From contig OZ336872.1 in the NCBI GenBank assembly GCA_965287045.1, positions 104,966,001 through 105,030,000 on the forward strand: DNA of 64,000 nucleotides, read 5' to 3'. The stretch's first letter is position 1. Every line of letters begins with the position of its first letter. The notes beneath the pieces were generated by a model. The model was not told the origin of the DNA. It did not search any database and worked only from the letters and a program-made list of their open reading frames with translations. The DNA is from Carcharhinus amblyrhynchos. Lineage: Eukaryota. Of this stretch, positions 51,634 through 63,816 are shown piece by piece. Made by a program: the position numbers and the translations under genes.

Positions 51634-53431
51634 ATTAGTTTTTCCATGTGATACAGTAAAATCCAAACATGCAGATGTTTTTGTTAGTTATGGCCTTTGT
51701 TTAAGTTTCGAAATTCATTCCAAAGCCATACAATTTCTAGTTGAGGCTGAACTTATTTCTAAAGATTAACCAAATATGCTATTAGCTAAAGTCAACATAT
51801 CAATATTTTTGGTTGGCATGGATATTATTAAAGATCAACATTTTTTTTGCCAGAAATCATGATCCCCTTTCTCTTTTTAACTCTCCTTTCCACTTGAGAC
51901 AAAGAAAGCTGGAGAGACACCCAGTATCTGCAACCTATATTCAGTTTTTAAACTTATTGTTACTTGTTCTGATCTCCCAATATAGGGTGAAATGACTTTG
52001 TGATTGACATGCTGGTCTATTGCAGCGTAGAAATAAAAAAAAGATTACTTTAAATTCCATTCGGCTAACTTTCCAGTTCAATATTTCAAGAAGTAAATGG
52101 TTTTGGATTGTGATTTGTGCAACAGCTACTTCTCTTGAGGGTGAGGGTTATTGGTTCTGAGGAAAAAAATTGTCAGGCACGCAGCTTCAAATTCTATAGA
52201 TCAATTTGATATAAGTAACTAAAAGTGGATAGCGACCAAATGATTTTGCAACTGTGATTATTTGTACTGATACCTTGACCTTGTGATTTGTAAAAAAAAT
52301 GGAATGGGTCTGCTTCATAATACATTTTAAATCACAGATCATGCTGTAGCAATGACATAGATCACTGTCATGTTAAAACCAAAAAAGCTATAAGTATTGA
52401 TCAGTCATTTCTATGCTTGAATGTTTTAACATGATGAATGTTTCCATTTTATTTCAATAATGCTGTGAGTTAAAGCATGTTCTGTAGTCCAGCTTATTTC
52501 TGCTTTTTAGTATTCATCATTAGGAATTTGATTTTTTTCTTTAAGTATTTGAAAGGAAATAGTCCAGACAGGCAAACTTTCAATCTCGCAGTTAATTGTT
52601 GCATACTTTAAGAGCACTGGTGTTTATTAGCTTGATTTATTCTTGTTCATTTATGTAAAAGATTTAAACCAAGGGAGACCAATATCAAGAGCCAATTTTA
52701 GGACATCAAAAAACCCTGTAGGGTTTTCTTTTGTCTGTAACATTATGCCTCATATTAAACAACACAGTACATCACCCACAAAGGCAGCTTAATGTTTATA
52801 GCTGTGAAAAAATGCAGATGCTGTGCATGTTAAAGCTGACTTTAATGGCAATATTATTTATCTACTTTAAATTCACTGGAACAAACCAGAATCATTTATC
52901 TTCTGTCATCCATTTTTTTATATTATCTGTATTGTTTGAGCAAATGCTGAGCAAACAAGCAGCAGCAGCCTGATGTACTCAAATTTGCTTACATTGGCAT
53001 GTCTCTTGATCCCACTGACCAAGAGCTCCTGTCGATTTACATCTAATTATGGCACTAATTGATTTGTTTAGGCAACAAACAAATTAGGCAAAGGCTTTTC
53101 GTGAGTTACAATCCACATTAATTAGACAAGTGCATTTGTTAATATTTGAATGTTTGTCCTCCCTATTCATTGGTATTCAGCTATTGCTCAATCGCCTATT
53201 AGCACAATTACCTGTGATCCTAAAGCCAGGAGTTGACCAGTAATGATGTGCTTTTCACTGTCAGATAAAATAACATCAGAAAAATGTTTAATTCCAGCAT
53301 GAACTAAGGTTTGTCAGTGATGTAAAGCAGGAAATAATTCACTTTTTATTAAAAAAGAATGTTTTAAAATCAGTGTGCCTACATAATTTTCTATAGAACA
53401 TTATATAATCTTGGATCACACAATGTTTAAA

Positions 53432-53888
53432 TCATAAGACATAGGAGCAGAATTAGACCACTCGGCCCATCGAGTCTGCTCCACCATTCAATCAAGGCTG
53501 ATACTTTTCTCATCCCCATTCTCCTTACTTTTCCCTACAACCCCTGATCCCCTTATTAATCAAGAACCTATCTATCTCTGTCTTAATATTGCAGGATAGA
53601 ATAAGGCCATTTGAACCTGCTCTGGTGTTTTTCCCCCTTTGGCCACCTGATCCAATGCATAACCTATTCAGTTTTATACTCTTTAATTTTCTTTTTGCAG
53701 CTTCATTCAATTGGTAGTACTGTTACCTGCAAGACAGTAGACCATAAGATATAAGAGCAGAATTAGGTCATTCAGCCCATCACGTCTGCTCCACCATTTG
53801 ATCTTGGCTGATGTTTCTCAGCCCCAATTTCTTGCCTTTTCCCAGTAATCTTTGATCCCCTTACTGATCAAGAACCTATCTATCTCTG
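53432..53888 (-). mobile_element. Two CR1 3' tails in tandem (53432-53586, 53739-53888)
   Basis: Both read CATAAGA.ATA.GAGCAGAATTAG..CA.TC.GCCCATC..GTCTGCTCCACCATT...AAGAACCTATCTATCTCTG; same subfamily as 16749-17270. Confidence 0.85.
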
Positions 53889-54784
53889 ATTCGAAGTAAG
53901 TAAACAGTTCAAGATGCACTATAGATATGAGCATATAACCGAGACCCCAACATTTCATTGTTGGAAAGGCTGCCTTTTGGATGCTGGCAGAATGGCCTTA
54001 TCTCAGCTATAAATGTCTAGGATTCTGTGACTTGTAGCGCAACTGCAAAATATCTCACGATGCAATTTAAATAAGAGCACAAATTTTCCTGATGTGCTGC
54101 CAATATTACTCCCTTAACCAACATCATGAAAAAGCAGATAAATTGGCCAGTTTGTCGGTTATGTGTGTGATTTGGCTGCCACGTATGTTGACTTATCATC
54201 TGTGTCCTTCATCACTAATCCATAGGTTGTGAAATACTTTTGGGTCCCCTGAGGATGTAAACGTTGCTATGTAAACACAAATTCCTTCCTTAAAAACAAC
54301 AATGTCATTACCTTTATAAAAAATTGTGAACATCACTTCAGCAAAGGTTTATAGCAATGAATCCCATATTCCAACCATCATCTATATGAAGAATTTTTTT
54401 CTAACTTCACTTCTTTTTTTGTAATAAAGTCATATTTTCTGTCTTAAAATTCTGTTCTCTTATCAATGTTTCATTGATCAATATAAACTTAACTTTCAAT
54501 ACTTTGAAGACCTTTAATCCATTTAGTTCCACTTAAACACTCAAACTTATCAAATTTTCCTTCATAACTAATCTTTAATGCCTGATAACACCTTAATGAA
54601 GGTACATTTTACTTTCTCGTTGCTTTTGTGTGCTTCCTGCAACTGCCAGCTGACAAGTATTAAATTGAAATGTAAATGAGGCTTAATCTTATTTGCTTTT
54701 ACTTATTACTTTGTTTTTTATGTGCCTGTTGATACAATAGGAACAATTTAACATGCTTTTGATGGCCTTATCCACTTGTGTTAA

Positions 54785-54980
54785 GGGGGTCAGTTAGCTC
54801 AGTTGGCTGGACAGCTGGTTAGTGAGGGATGCCAACAACGCAGGTTCAATTCCTGTATCAGTTGAGGTTATCATGGAGATCCCACTTTCTCAACCTTGCC
54901 CCTCACCTGGGGTGTGGTGACTCTGTCAGCTGTCTCTCTCAAAGGGGAGAGGAGCCTCTGGGGCAGTGGTGACATTTGGT
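54785..54980 (+). mobile_element. tRNA-derived SINE of a separate family
   Basis: Pol III A box TAGCTCAGTTGG and B box GGTTCAATTCC, followed by a non-tRNA body. Confidence 0.7.
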
Positions 54981-56700
54981 TTCATTTCTATTTATGTTGC
55001 CTCCTATAATAACCCATGGGCAGCATTTTCCACTCTGCGCACAGAGTGTTGGCTGAGGCAAGAAAACCAGCATGCAGCTCTCCAGCTGCACAGTCGAGTT
55101 CTCTTCCAGATAATCTGGCACTTTGTGCACAAAAAAATCTGGAAGCATTGCCCATGCCATGGTGGTGGTGGGTCAGGGCCAAATAGAGCTGGCAAGGCCA
55201 GCTTCACAGAGATTGGGTCAGTGCCCTGATCTGAGCTTAGAAAAATACCAGGGGGCAGTGCCAGGGCACTGGGGAGGCATGTGCCTCTCCCTTCCAGGAG
55301 CTAGACATAGTTGTGCATCTTTGGTGGGTTCCTCTTGACTACTTAATATTTTTAAAAAGCAGTTGGCAAACTGTCATGTCAAGAATACGAAATGTAGGAG
55401 GATGACGTGGTGGGAAAGCAGTCTTCTGTGTTGAACAAAAGGGCCGAACCTTGTTATAACACCAGCAAGGGGTGGGAAAATCAGAAATTGAGATCTCGCC
55501 AGAGGGAATCCCATTTTCTGATTCCCGTGAGATTTTCTGCTGGCATTGCCATCTGCACTCGTGGCAGATATGGGCACAAATCTGCACCCAGTGCATCTGT
55601 GGACCAAGGCTTCATTACCCTTTCAAAAATCTTACAATTAACAGGACACTCCTATTTCTTCTAATTTTTTTCACTGAATTAGATTGTCTCTGTCAGTATC
55701 TGCCCATCCTGATGCCTATACTGGTCCCTTTGATCTTTCATAGTCCCAGTCATAGTTTCCCATTATTTCAAATAGATACCATCAGCAAATTTTGATGATT
55801 TTGTTTCTTTAATTTCTAAGTTAGGTTCATTTTTGCATGTGTGGAGTAAATACCAATAACCTTAAAACAAGCTCCAATGGATCATTAGTTATCATGGGCT
55901 GAACTTTCTGGTCCCGCTTGCCAGGGACCAGAAATTCCCACCCGAGGTCAACGGACCTTTTAATGGTCCGTTAAATTGTCCGTTCCCTCCTGCGACAATT
56001 CCCACTGTGGGTGAGAGTGGAAGATCCAAATGCTAGCCCCATACCTTTACAGCTTGATAAACTTGCCTTTACCTCTGACCTTCTCACGTGTCATCTTTCC
56101 ATCTGCCATGTCTTCTGTATGGATCAAAACGAGCTGTTTATGCTTGAAGTATATTTTGAGAAATCTATTTATCTACACAGATTTAATTCAAAAATAGCTC
56201 TTTATAATAGTCAAGTTGCAGAGCAGCTGGCCTTCATCATAGATGGCTACAGAAATCGTTCCTGTTTCACTGATTTGTAACAGTCGCTTTCTGCTGTAGG
56301 GCATCTTTAATGTGAATTATCCTGATTCATTTTAAAACCCTTCTGTGCTTTTGACCCTGTCCTCCCTCCCAAGCAATTTGTGCCCCTGGTTTCCTTAACC
56401 TTTGTCTTTTAAAGTGCTGATTTATGTGCTGAGACCCTCAGGTTGTATTTTGCATAAATCAAAAATTCTGTAGATAAAGCGCAAAACATTTGATTCAAAA
56501 GACATAAACATACCCTTTGCACAGTTCATTTCTCCATGCGTGGATGGGAAATTCGGGTTATAACTGCAGGGGAAAGTTGGCTCTGATTTATTCTTTGGGC
56601 TTTGGGAATACATGGGTTACTGTGACTCATCTTAGTATTTCACCACAGTTTTCTTCATTGTTAGATCCTACATTGATAATGCCTCCATTTTGGTCCACAG

Positions 56701-56765
56701 AGACTCTTATGGATTCGAGATGGGCAACTGCTGAGTTGGGATGGACTGCACACCCAGATTCAGGG
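56701..56765 (+). CDS. ephb3: EphB3 exon 2 (65 bp; ETLMDSRWATAELGWTAHPDSG), start of the ephrin ligand-binding domain
   Basis: Acceptor ...tggtccacag| and donor |gtaagg, phase 1 to 0. Translation matches the EphB exon-2 motif ETLMD..(W)..ELxW..HP.SG. Confidence 0.95.
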
Positions 56766-59729
56766 GTAAGGACAATTTACACAATAGATCATTGACTGAC
56801 ACAATGAAAACAATAAAACAACTTCTCAGAACTTAAGTACTTTGAAGTAATTACTTAGGCTGACATTCTGGTACGGTGATGAGGGAAATCAAAAGAGAAA
56901 ATGCTGGAAATACTCAGCAGATCAGGCAATGTTTATGGACGGCGGAACCAAGTTAACATTTCAAGTTGGTGATCTAATATTGCAGTGCTAGAGGTACTGG
57001 GCATTGATGGAACTATTGCCCTTTCTGTTCAGCTGAGGATCTGTCCCTTAAAATTGTTAAAGACACTTTAACACTGCATAAATAAGATTAAGAATCACAT
57101 CCTGGAAAATTAATATTGTTAAAAACAGACTATTTGCACTTTCATCTCGTTGTTTGTGGGACATTGCAAATGGAGAATGGTTGCTGCTTCTCTCTATATA
57201 ATGCCCCTTGCACTAGTGAAGTAATTAATTGTGTGAAACAGTTTGGAATATTTCAACATGAGGCAATGCAAAATAAAAAAAAAGGCGTCAGTTGCCTTGA
57301 AAACATCGTTCCTCAATTGAAATATTATATTTGAGTCAGCGGAACAGGAAGAGTTGTGAGCAGAGATTTTCATGGATCTGGGCCCAGGTGTATTGGGCGA
57401 GTGGGAATGTAGTGCTGTAACCAAGCCTGCTCAATTTTCTACAATTTCAATTAATTTGAGGATGAAAATTGAATAAATTACCTTACAGGCCTAAGTTTCA
57501 ACCTGGCTGAATTCCTGATATTCAGCCCATACAATACAGTGCAGCTGGGCACAAGTCCAGGAAAATGTCCCCTTTATCTATATATAATTGTTAATATGTA
57601 CATTATGAAAAATTTGTTCTTTTTTTCAATTATCCACCAAATCTTGCAAGTGCCATTGTTTGCACAGCTTCAGAGTAAGAATTCAGTCCAAGATCCCCAA
57701 TATTTGAATAATAGTGGACAATTACAAAGTGACTTGGAATCATATGAGGACATAAAACAACTTGGCTTAACTATTCAGTGTCAAGTAATAAATCAAATAT
57801 TCCAGCATATGTCAATAAAAATAGTAAAAGACAAGAGTTATAGTAATTCATTGAAAGGATTGTTTGCAAGAATGGGAATTAATTAGAAAGAATACTAAAT
57901 ACAGCCAAATCCTGGTACACGTATAACTAATTAGCCACAATAGAAATTCTGCCTCATTCAGCATTATATTTTAATTAAGACTGCACTAAACTACAAGTGA
58001 AATAAACTGGTGATGAGTACCACACAGAGCATTTTATCTCTGTCAGTAGCAATATGAGGAGGAATATTTGAATAGGTGTGAAACTTCTGAATAGAAAAAA
58101 AAGGGCAATGAATGAAATTATCATTAATCTTTCTCTGCCCTTTCATCATTCAGCCTGACAAATATTATAGATTTCATTTCTGCATTGGAAACACATGTGC
58201 AACGTATATATTTTCCCACCTTATCCATCGCATGACTTTTGTGTGCCCAATGTACACGGGTAATATTTCCATGGAACAAAACAAAACAGTCTTGTCTTAA
58301 GCAAGTCTGAGTTTCACTTTATTTTTGCTTCCAATAAATATTTTTGAAATGTTTAAAAACAAACACTGTTTCATATGAAAGTCCCAGAAAGACGGTGTTT
58401 GGATAAAATAAATGCATCAAGGCGCCTTCCTCAATTGTGTTTATCTTTGCCTAATCTGTGTTCGTAAATTAGTCGGGCAACTCCTCAATTCATATATGTA
58501 TACAAACATGCCTATGAAACAGATTGTGGTTGCCAAGCTTTTCGAAGCTTGCAGCATTAAGTAATTACTGCAACCACGAAAGTTACTTCTTAAGATGCAT
58601 TTGCAATAGCTCTGAAAGATAAACATAAGGATGTATGAAGTAGAACAAGAAGAGGCGGTTTAGCCTGTTGATTGCACCTCATCCAGTCACAAATATTTTA
58701 GTAGCATTGCATGCTGTCTTCTCTTCCTCTTCAGTTCTCTGATCCAAAGCATAGATTGGAATCAGTATTACAATGTATCTCAACTCCAAGGTCATTTTCT
58801 TTTGAGAAAAACATAATTAGCTGCACTGTGTGACTACAACGACAATTGTTTAATTTAAATTAGCTCATAAAGCAGAAAACAAATCTAATTAGATTTTTTG
58901 AAGTTGTTTCACTGATTAGAAAGAACTAAATTAACTTGCAATTTGTCCCTAAACAGTAGTTATGCATATTGTAAGCTGCAGTGATGTTCAGTAGGTCAAG
59001 CAATAATGCAATCTCACCTTTGAAAAATACCTTCACCTTCAGCAAGCTTAAGTTCAGAGTCCTGAGAGGGTCCAGCTACTTAAAAGGAAAAAGCAGCTTT
59101 GGTTATTATATTGACATGACTAGACTTGATGGGACCTCTGACCTTTAACAGCTATTAACTACTTAGTAAATCTAGCAGCCTGGACATCTATAATCACATC
59201 TTAGAAAACAAATCTTTGCAGTTATTTTAGTTTGCCTGAACCAGCAGCCTCAAATGTCAGTCTGTGTTCTCGGAAGTCAATCAGTAAAGATCACACAATA
59301 TTGCACCGTGAGTTGTCATGTACACATAACACCTCTATTCACAGAAACTTGTCTATTCAAAATGTTACAAAAGCTGATTAGAGGTAAGTTAAATATGTTG
59401 GGTGCTAATTGAAAAGCAGAGTACTGCGGATGTGGGAAATCTGAAATTAAAACAAAAAATTCTGGAAATAATCAATAGGTTATACATCACTTTGGGTCCA
59501 TGACCTTTCATCAGAACTGGAAAAAGTTAAAGATGATATAGGTTTCAGGTGAGGGGTGGGTGGGACAATGACAAAGAGAAGACCTGTGATAGGGTGGAAG
59601 ACAGGAGAGATTGGAAGACAGAAAGGTTAGTCTTAAAGGGCCAAAGGGAAAGGAGATGGTGCAAGAAAACAGTGAATAAAAGGATGTGCCTAGGGCATGT
59701 GTGCTCTGACTGCAAACAAAATGAGGCAT

Positions 59730-60365
59730 AGGCAATGACGGGGGGATTTCGGAAGCCAGGAATGGAGGCAGAGGTGGAGAATCGGCGGGGGGGAGGGGGT
59801 GGGTGGTGGGGGAGGGAGTCCCAAAACATTCATATCTGGGCAGTACCTGGCACTTCCCCAGGCACTGCCCTTAGCAAAAGTCAAGGTGTGGGATTCTGTG
59901 GAGGAGCTGCCTGAAGTTACATAGTATGGGGGGATACATGGTGGTTGTAAGGGGAGGGGGAGGAGGAGCGTGTTCTGTGGTGATGGGGTGGCTGCCTGCT
60001 TATTTCTACTTTTATTTTTTTACACTGAGGCATTCTTAGAGCCACTGTTACTGGCGATGCGGGCTCTGGATGGATCTATTCCACCAGTGTGACCTCGCGG
60101 GATCCGCCTCCTGGTTTTGCTTTTGGCAATGTGTTTCAATATGTGTCGGCAAAAGCTGGCAGTGCAGCCAGTGGGCTAAACACTGCTTTTCCTAACTGGG
60201 TTCACACTTTACCAAAAAATAGCAAAATTCTCCCCATTGGGTGGTAATTTCTGGTCCCTCCCACCAACGGGATCGCCCAGTCCCATTGACATCAATGGAG
60301 ATTTGGATGGTTTGCCACATGCACCACGGGGGAGCCTGCCACGGCAATGCCTGAAAATCCTGGTC
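59730..60365. mobile_element. Non-autonomous DNA-transposon-like fragments / MITE
   Basis: Terminal AAAATTCTCCCC at about 60235; the adjacent MITE 60238-60365 ends GAAAATCCTGGTC. Confidence 0.4.
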
Positions 60366-60481
60366 TACGGTCTAAAATGGTTGAACAATGAGGTGCTGTT
60401 CCTCAAACTTGGTTTGTGCTTCACTGGAACAGTGCCGTCGGCTGGTAATTGTGTTGCATGCTTGATAATATTTTGTTACAG

Positions 60482-60638
60482 CAGAATGGTACTAAAACAT
60501 GTATCACAAATTATCATAATATACATAGGAACTGCAGAATGGCATTAAAACATGTATCACATGTTGTCATAATATACATAGGAACAACAGAATGGCACTA
60601 AAACTTGTATCACAAATTATCATAATATACACAGGAAT
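60482..60638. repeat. 53-bp tandem repeat, 3 copies
   Basis: CAGAATGGYAYTAAAACWTGTATCACA..TT.TCATAATATACAYAGGAA units start at 60482, 60535 and 60588. Confidence 0.95.
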
Positions 60639-60858
60639 GCTGTCAGCAATGTTGTAGGGATTGAGTAACAACAAAAGGATTATTTTAAATGATATAGAAT
60701 GCTACTGATCAGAATGCCAACTATCAGTGTTACAGTACTAGACATTTGACTCCCAATTTACTGACTTTCTAGTTGATATATAGATGATACCAGAAACATA
60801 TTCAATTGTAAAATGACAGTTTTTTTTACAACAAATATTATTTGTTTCCTTTGTTCAG

Positions 60859-61531
60859 TGGGAAGAAGTAAGTGGATACGATGATGCAATAAATCCTATT
60901 CGCACATACCAGGTCTGTAATGTGATGGAAGCAAACCAGAATAATTGGCTTCGAACTACTTACATAGCACGTAAAGATGTTCAGAGAGTATATGTGGAGA
61001 TGAAATTCACTGTGCGGGACTGCAACAGCATACCAAATATCCCAGGTTCTTGTAAGGAAACTTTTAATTTATTTTACTACGAATCTGACACAGACTCAGC
61101 AACAGCGTCAACACCATTCTGGATGGAGAACCCTTATGTGAAAGTGGACACCATTGCACCTGATGAGAGTTTTTCCAAACTGGAGACTGGGCGAGTCAAC
61201 ACAAAGATCAGAAGCTTTGGTCCATTGGCCAAGAATGGATTCTATTTAGCGTTTCAGGATCTGGGGTCGTGCATGTCACTCATTTCCCTGCGAGTGTTCT
61301 ACAAGAAATGCCCATCTGTGATCGCAAATTTTGCCGTTTTTCCAGAAACGGTTACTGGAGCAGAACCTACATCACTTGTCATTGCTCCTGGTACCTGTCT
61401 GAGTAATGCTATTGAACTATCTGTGCCGCTGAAGCTATATTGTAATGGGGACGGGGAGTGGATGGTACCTGTTGGAGCTTGTACCTGTGCTCCTGGATAT
61501 GAACCTGCTGAAAAGGAGACAGCTTGCCAAG
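60859..61531 (+). CDS. ephb3: EphB3 exon 3 (673 bp), ligand-binding domain plus cysteine-rich (sushi/EGF-like) region
   Basis: Acceptor ttgttcag|TGG GAA and donor CAA G|GTAGG. Open frame [22 protein letters not shown]...[36 protein letters not shown]...[21 protein letters not shown]...[14 protein letters not shown]...[47 protein letters not shown] and [14 protein letters not shown] match my recollection of EPHB3 rather than EPHB1/2. Confidence 0.95.
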
Positions 61532-61629
61532 GTAGGAAAATTATCAAGTGATTCTGATACTTTTTTTTGTCTCTTTTCATTTCACTGCTTTAGAGATTGC
61601 CTATCTCATGAGAACTTGGCACTCACCTA

Positions 61630-62001
61630 ATGAAAGGGATGTATGGGGTAGAGGTGGAGAGATTCTTCCCACTTAGAAAGGATAGCAGGACTAGAGGGCA
61701 CAGCCTCAAGATAAGGGGGAGGCAGTTTAGATCGGAGTTGAGGAGGAACTTCTTCACTCAAAGGGTGGTGAATCTCTGGAATTCTCTGTCCGTTGAAGTG
61801 GTGGAGGCTACCTCGCTGAATATACTTAAGTCATGGGTAGATAGGTTTTTGACAGACAAGGGAATTAAGGGTTATGGGGAGAGAGCGGGAAAGTGGAACT
61901 GATCCACTTCAGATCAGCCATGATCTTATTGAATGGCGGGGCAGGCTCGAAGGGCTAGATGGCCCACTCCTGCTCTTATTTCTTATGTTCTTACATTCTT
62001 A
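61630..62001 (+). mobile_element. Young CR1 LINE 3' fragment
   Basis: RFFPLRKDSRTRGHSLKIRGRQFRSELRRNFFTQRVVNLWNSL; (TTCTTATG)n tail. Confidence 0.92.
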
Positions 62002-62928
62002 GGTCTATTTTTATGGAATGTTTCCTTTCAAAACTCAACATAATCATTAGAAAATCACACAATTTAATAATTTGATGGAAACTAGATATATCAAATCTTG
62101 ATACAGAATCCTGTGCCTTCCCTTTTGATGAATTTGATGGTGGGGGCATTTAATTGGATGGGGCAGGGTGGGGACCCTGCCACTTCACCTTCATCTCAAT
62201 GAAGTTCAGGACTTGTAGGCATTTGGACAACCTGACCATCCCATTACCAACTGAAGCCTTTGAGCTGGGAACTAATGCACAGTTAAGGGTTCCACCCTGC
62301 TGTTGCTGGTATTAATGCTGTGGCAAGCAGGAGGCTCATCATGCGGGGGGCAGGACAAGCAAAACATGGCATTTTTCTTTGAGGGCTCCCAGGACCCTTA
62401 TTCAAAGGCATTCAGTGCCTGATCGAGAGGCCAGTTAGAAAGGGATCGCCCACTGAGAAACACCAGCTGCATTTCTCCCTCTCCTGTGACCCCCTTCCTG
62501 AGACCTCCCTCCCTGCATTCACTCATCTGTTCCTGGAGCCCTTCTTGATCTGAAACTTTCGTTGGGTGTATTACCGGAAGCAGCCACCATCTGGTGCTGC
62601 TGAGTACAGAAAAACTGCTGGCCTCAGATTGGCCAGCAGCTCTAGGTGGGTGGGACATCTACTCCTTAGATTCTTGAGTCCAGGGAAAAGCTCACCATTG
62701 GCCTGTCAAGTGCCTGAGTGGCAAAATTGTGGCAGGGGATATGATATCTTTCCGGCTTGCTGCTGGTAACTGAGACCCCAGTCTCCTCCACAAGATTGTT
62801 TCTCCCAGAGTTTCACAACTGGAATAAGTAAAAGCTTGGCCAGGCTGCAAAGTTGTGCTCTGATTTTTTATGCTGTGTACGTTTTGGTTCAGAAGCAGGT
62901 GATAATGGTTTAGACTGCAGAGACTCTT

Positions 62929-63226
62929 TGAATCCCTACAGTGAAGAAGGACGCCATTGGGTGCATCGAGCCTGCACCACCAACAATCCCACCCAAGCCA
63001 TTACCATTCTAATCCCCTGACAGTAAATGTCAATTTAGCAGGGCCAATCAACCTAACCCACACATCTTTGGATTGTGGGAGGAAACTGGAGCACCCAGAG
63101 GAAGCTCACACAGACAAGCGGCGAATGTGCAAACTCCGCACAGACAGACATCTGAGCTTGGAATTGAACCTTGATCCCTGGCTTTGTGAAGCAGCAGTGC
63201 TACCCACTGTGCCACAGTGTTGCCCC
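62929..63226 (-). mobile_element. V-SINE, tail type B
   Basis: Reverse complement of head, V-domain and CR1-type tail. Confidence 0.85.
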
Positions 63227-63256
63227 CATGTCAGATCCAAATGAAGCCAAACTTAT

Positions 63257-63386
63257 GGGCCAGATTCTCCAACCTCACTCGCAGCCAGGATTCTCCTGTC
63301 TGGCTGCAGTGAAGGGAGGTTAGGCTGAATGCCAAATTCTCCATTATCATTGGCAACGCCAGCAGATAGCCGGAGAACCTTAGCCC
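63257..63386. mobile_element. About 130-bp MITE, family X
   Basis: GGGCCAGATTCTCC...GGAGAACCTTAGCCC termini. Confidence 0.7.
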
Positions 63387-63816
63387 ATCTGTTAATTATG
63401 GCCTCACTTGAGTGGACTTTGTCAATATGCAGTGGATGCAACAAATGTTTACATTAATTTTAAATTTTCTTTTTTTCAGCTAGTTGCATCTTTATTTCTC
63501 ATTAGTTATCCTAATCTTTCTTAATTCCCTCTCCTGCACAATTGGTGAATCATGGGGCTAAGTCATTGATATGGCTTTGTTTAGGTCTAAAAGTATTGAA
63601 AAACATTGGTTCATAAAACTTGTTCTTACCTGAACAATTGGCACCATAGGAACGTGATGCTCAGGAACGCAACTGCAACTGAATGAATTATGTAGTAGGA
63701 ATGATTAAATCATTATTTTCAAGTGCTGATTAATTTATTTCTGAGTGTGACAGTAAAAGGTTTTGCAGAAACCTTTTAGAAGATATGTCAGGATAGTCCA
63801 TGATAGGGCAGAACAT

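Noticed and set aside
60482-60638. CRISPR-like repeat array
   Set aside because: Contiguous tandem units with no unique spacers, no cas genes, and a eukaryotic intron context.
60922-61551. 209-aa ORF as a standalone gene
   Set aside because: It is internal exon 3 of ephb3. The ORF start is an internal GTG and its end reads through the splice donor.
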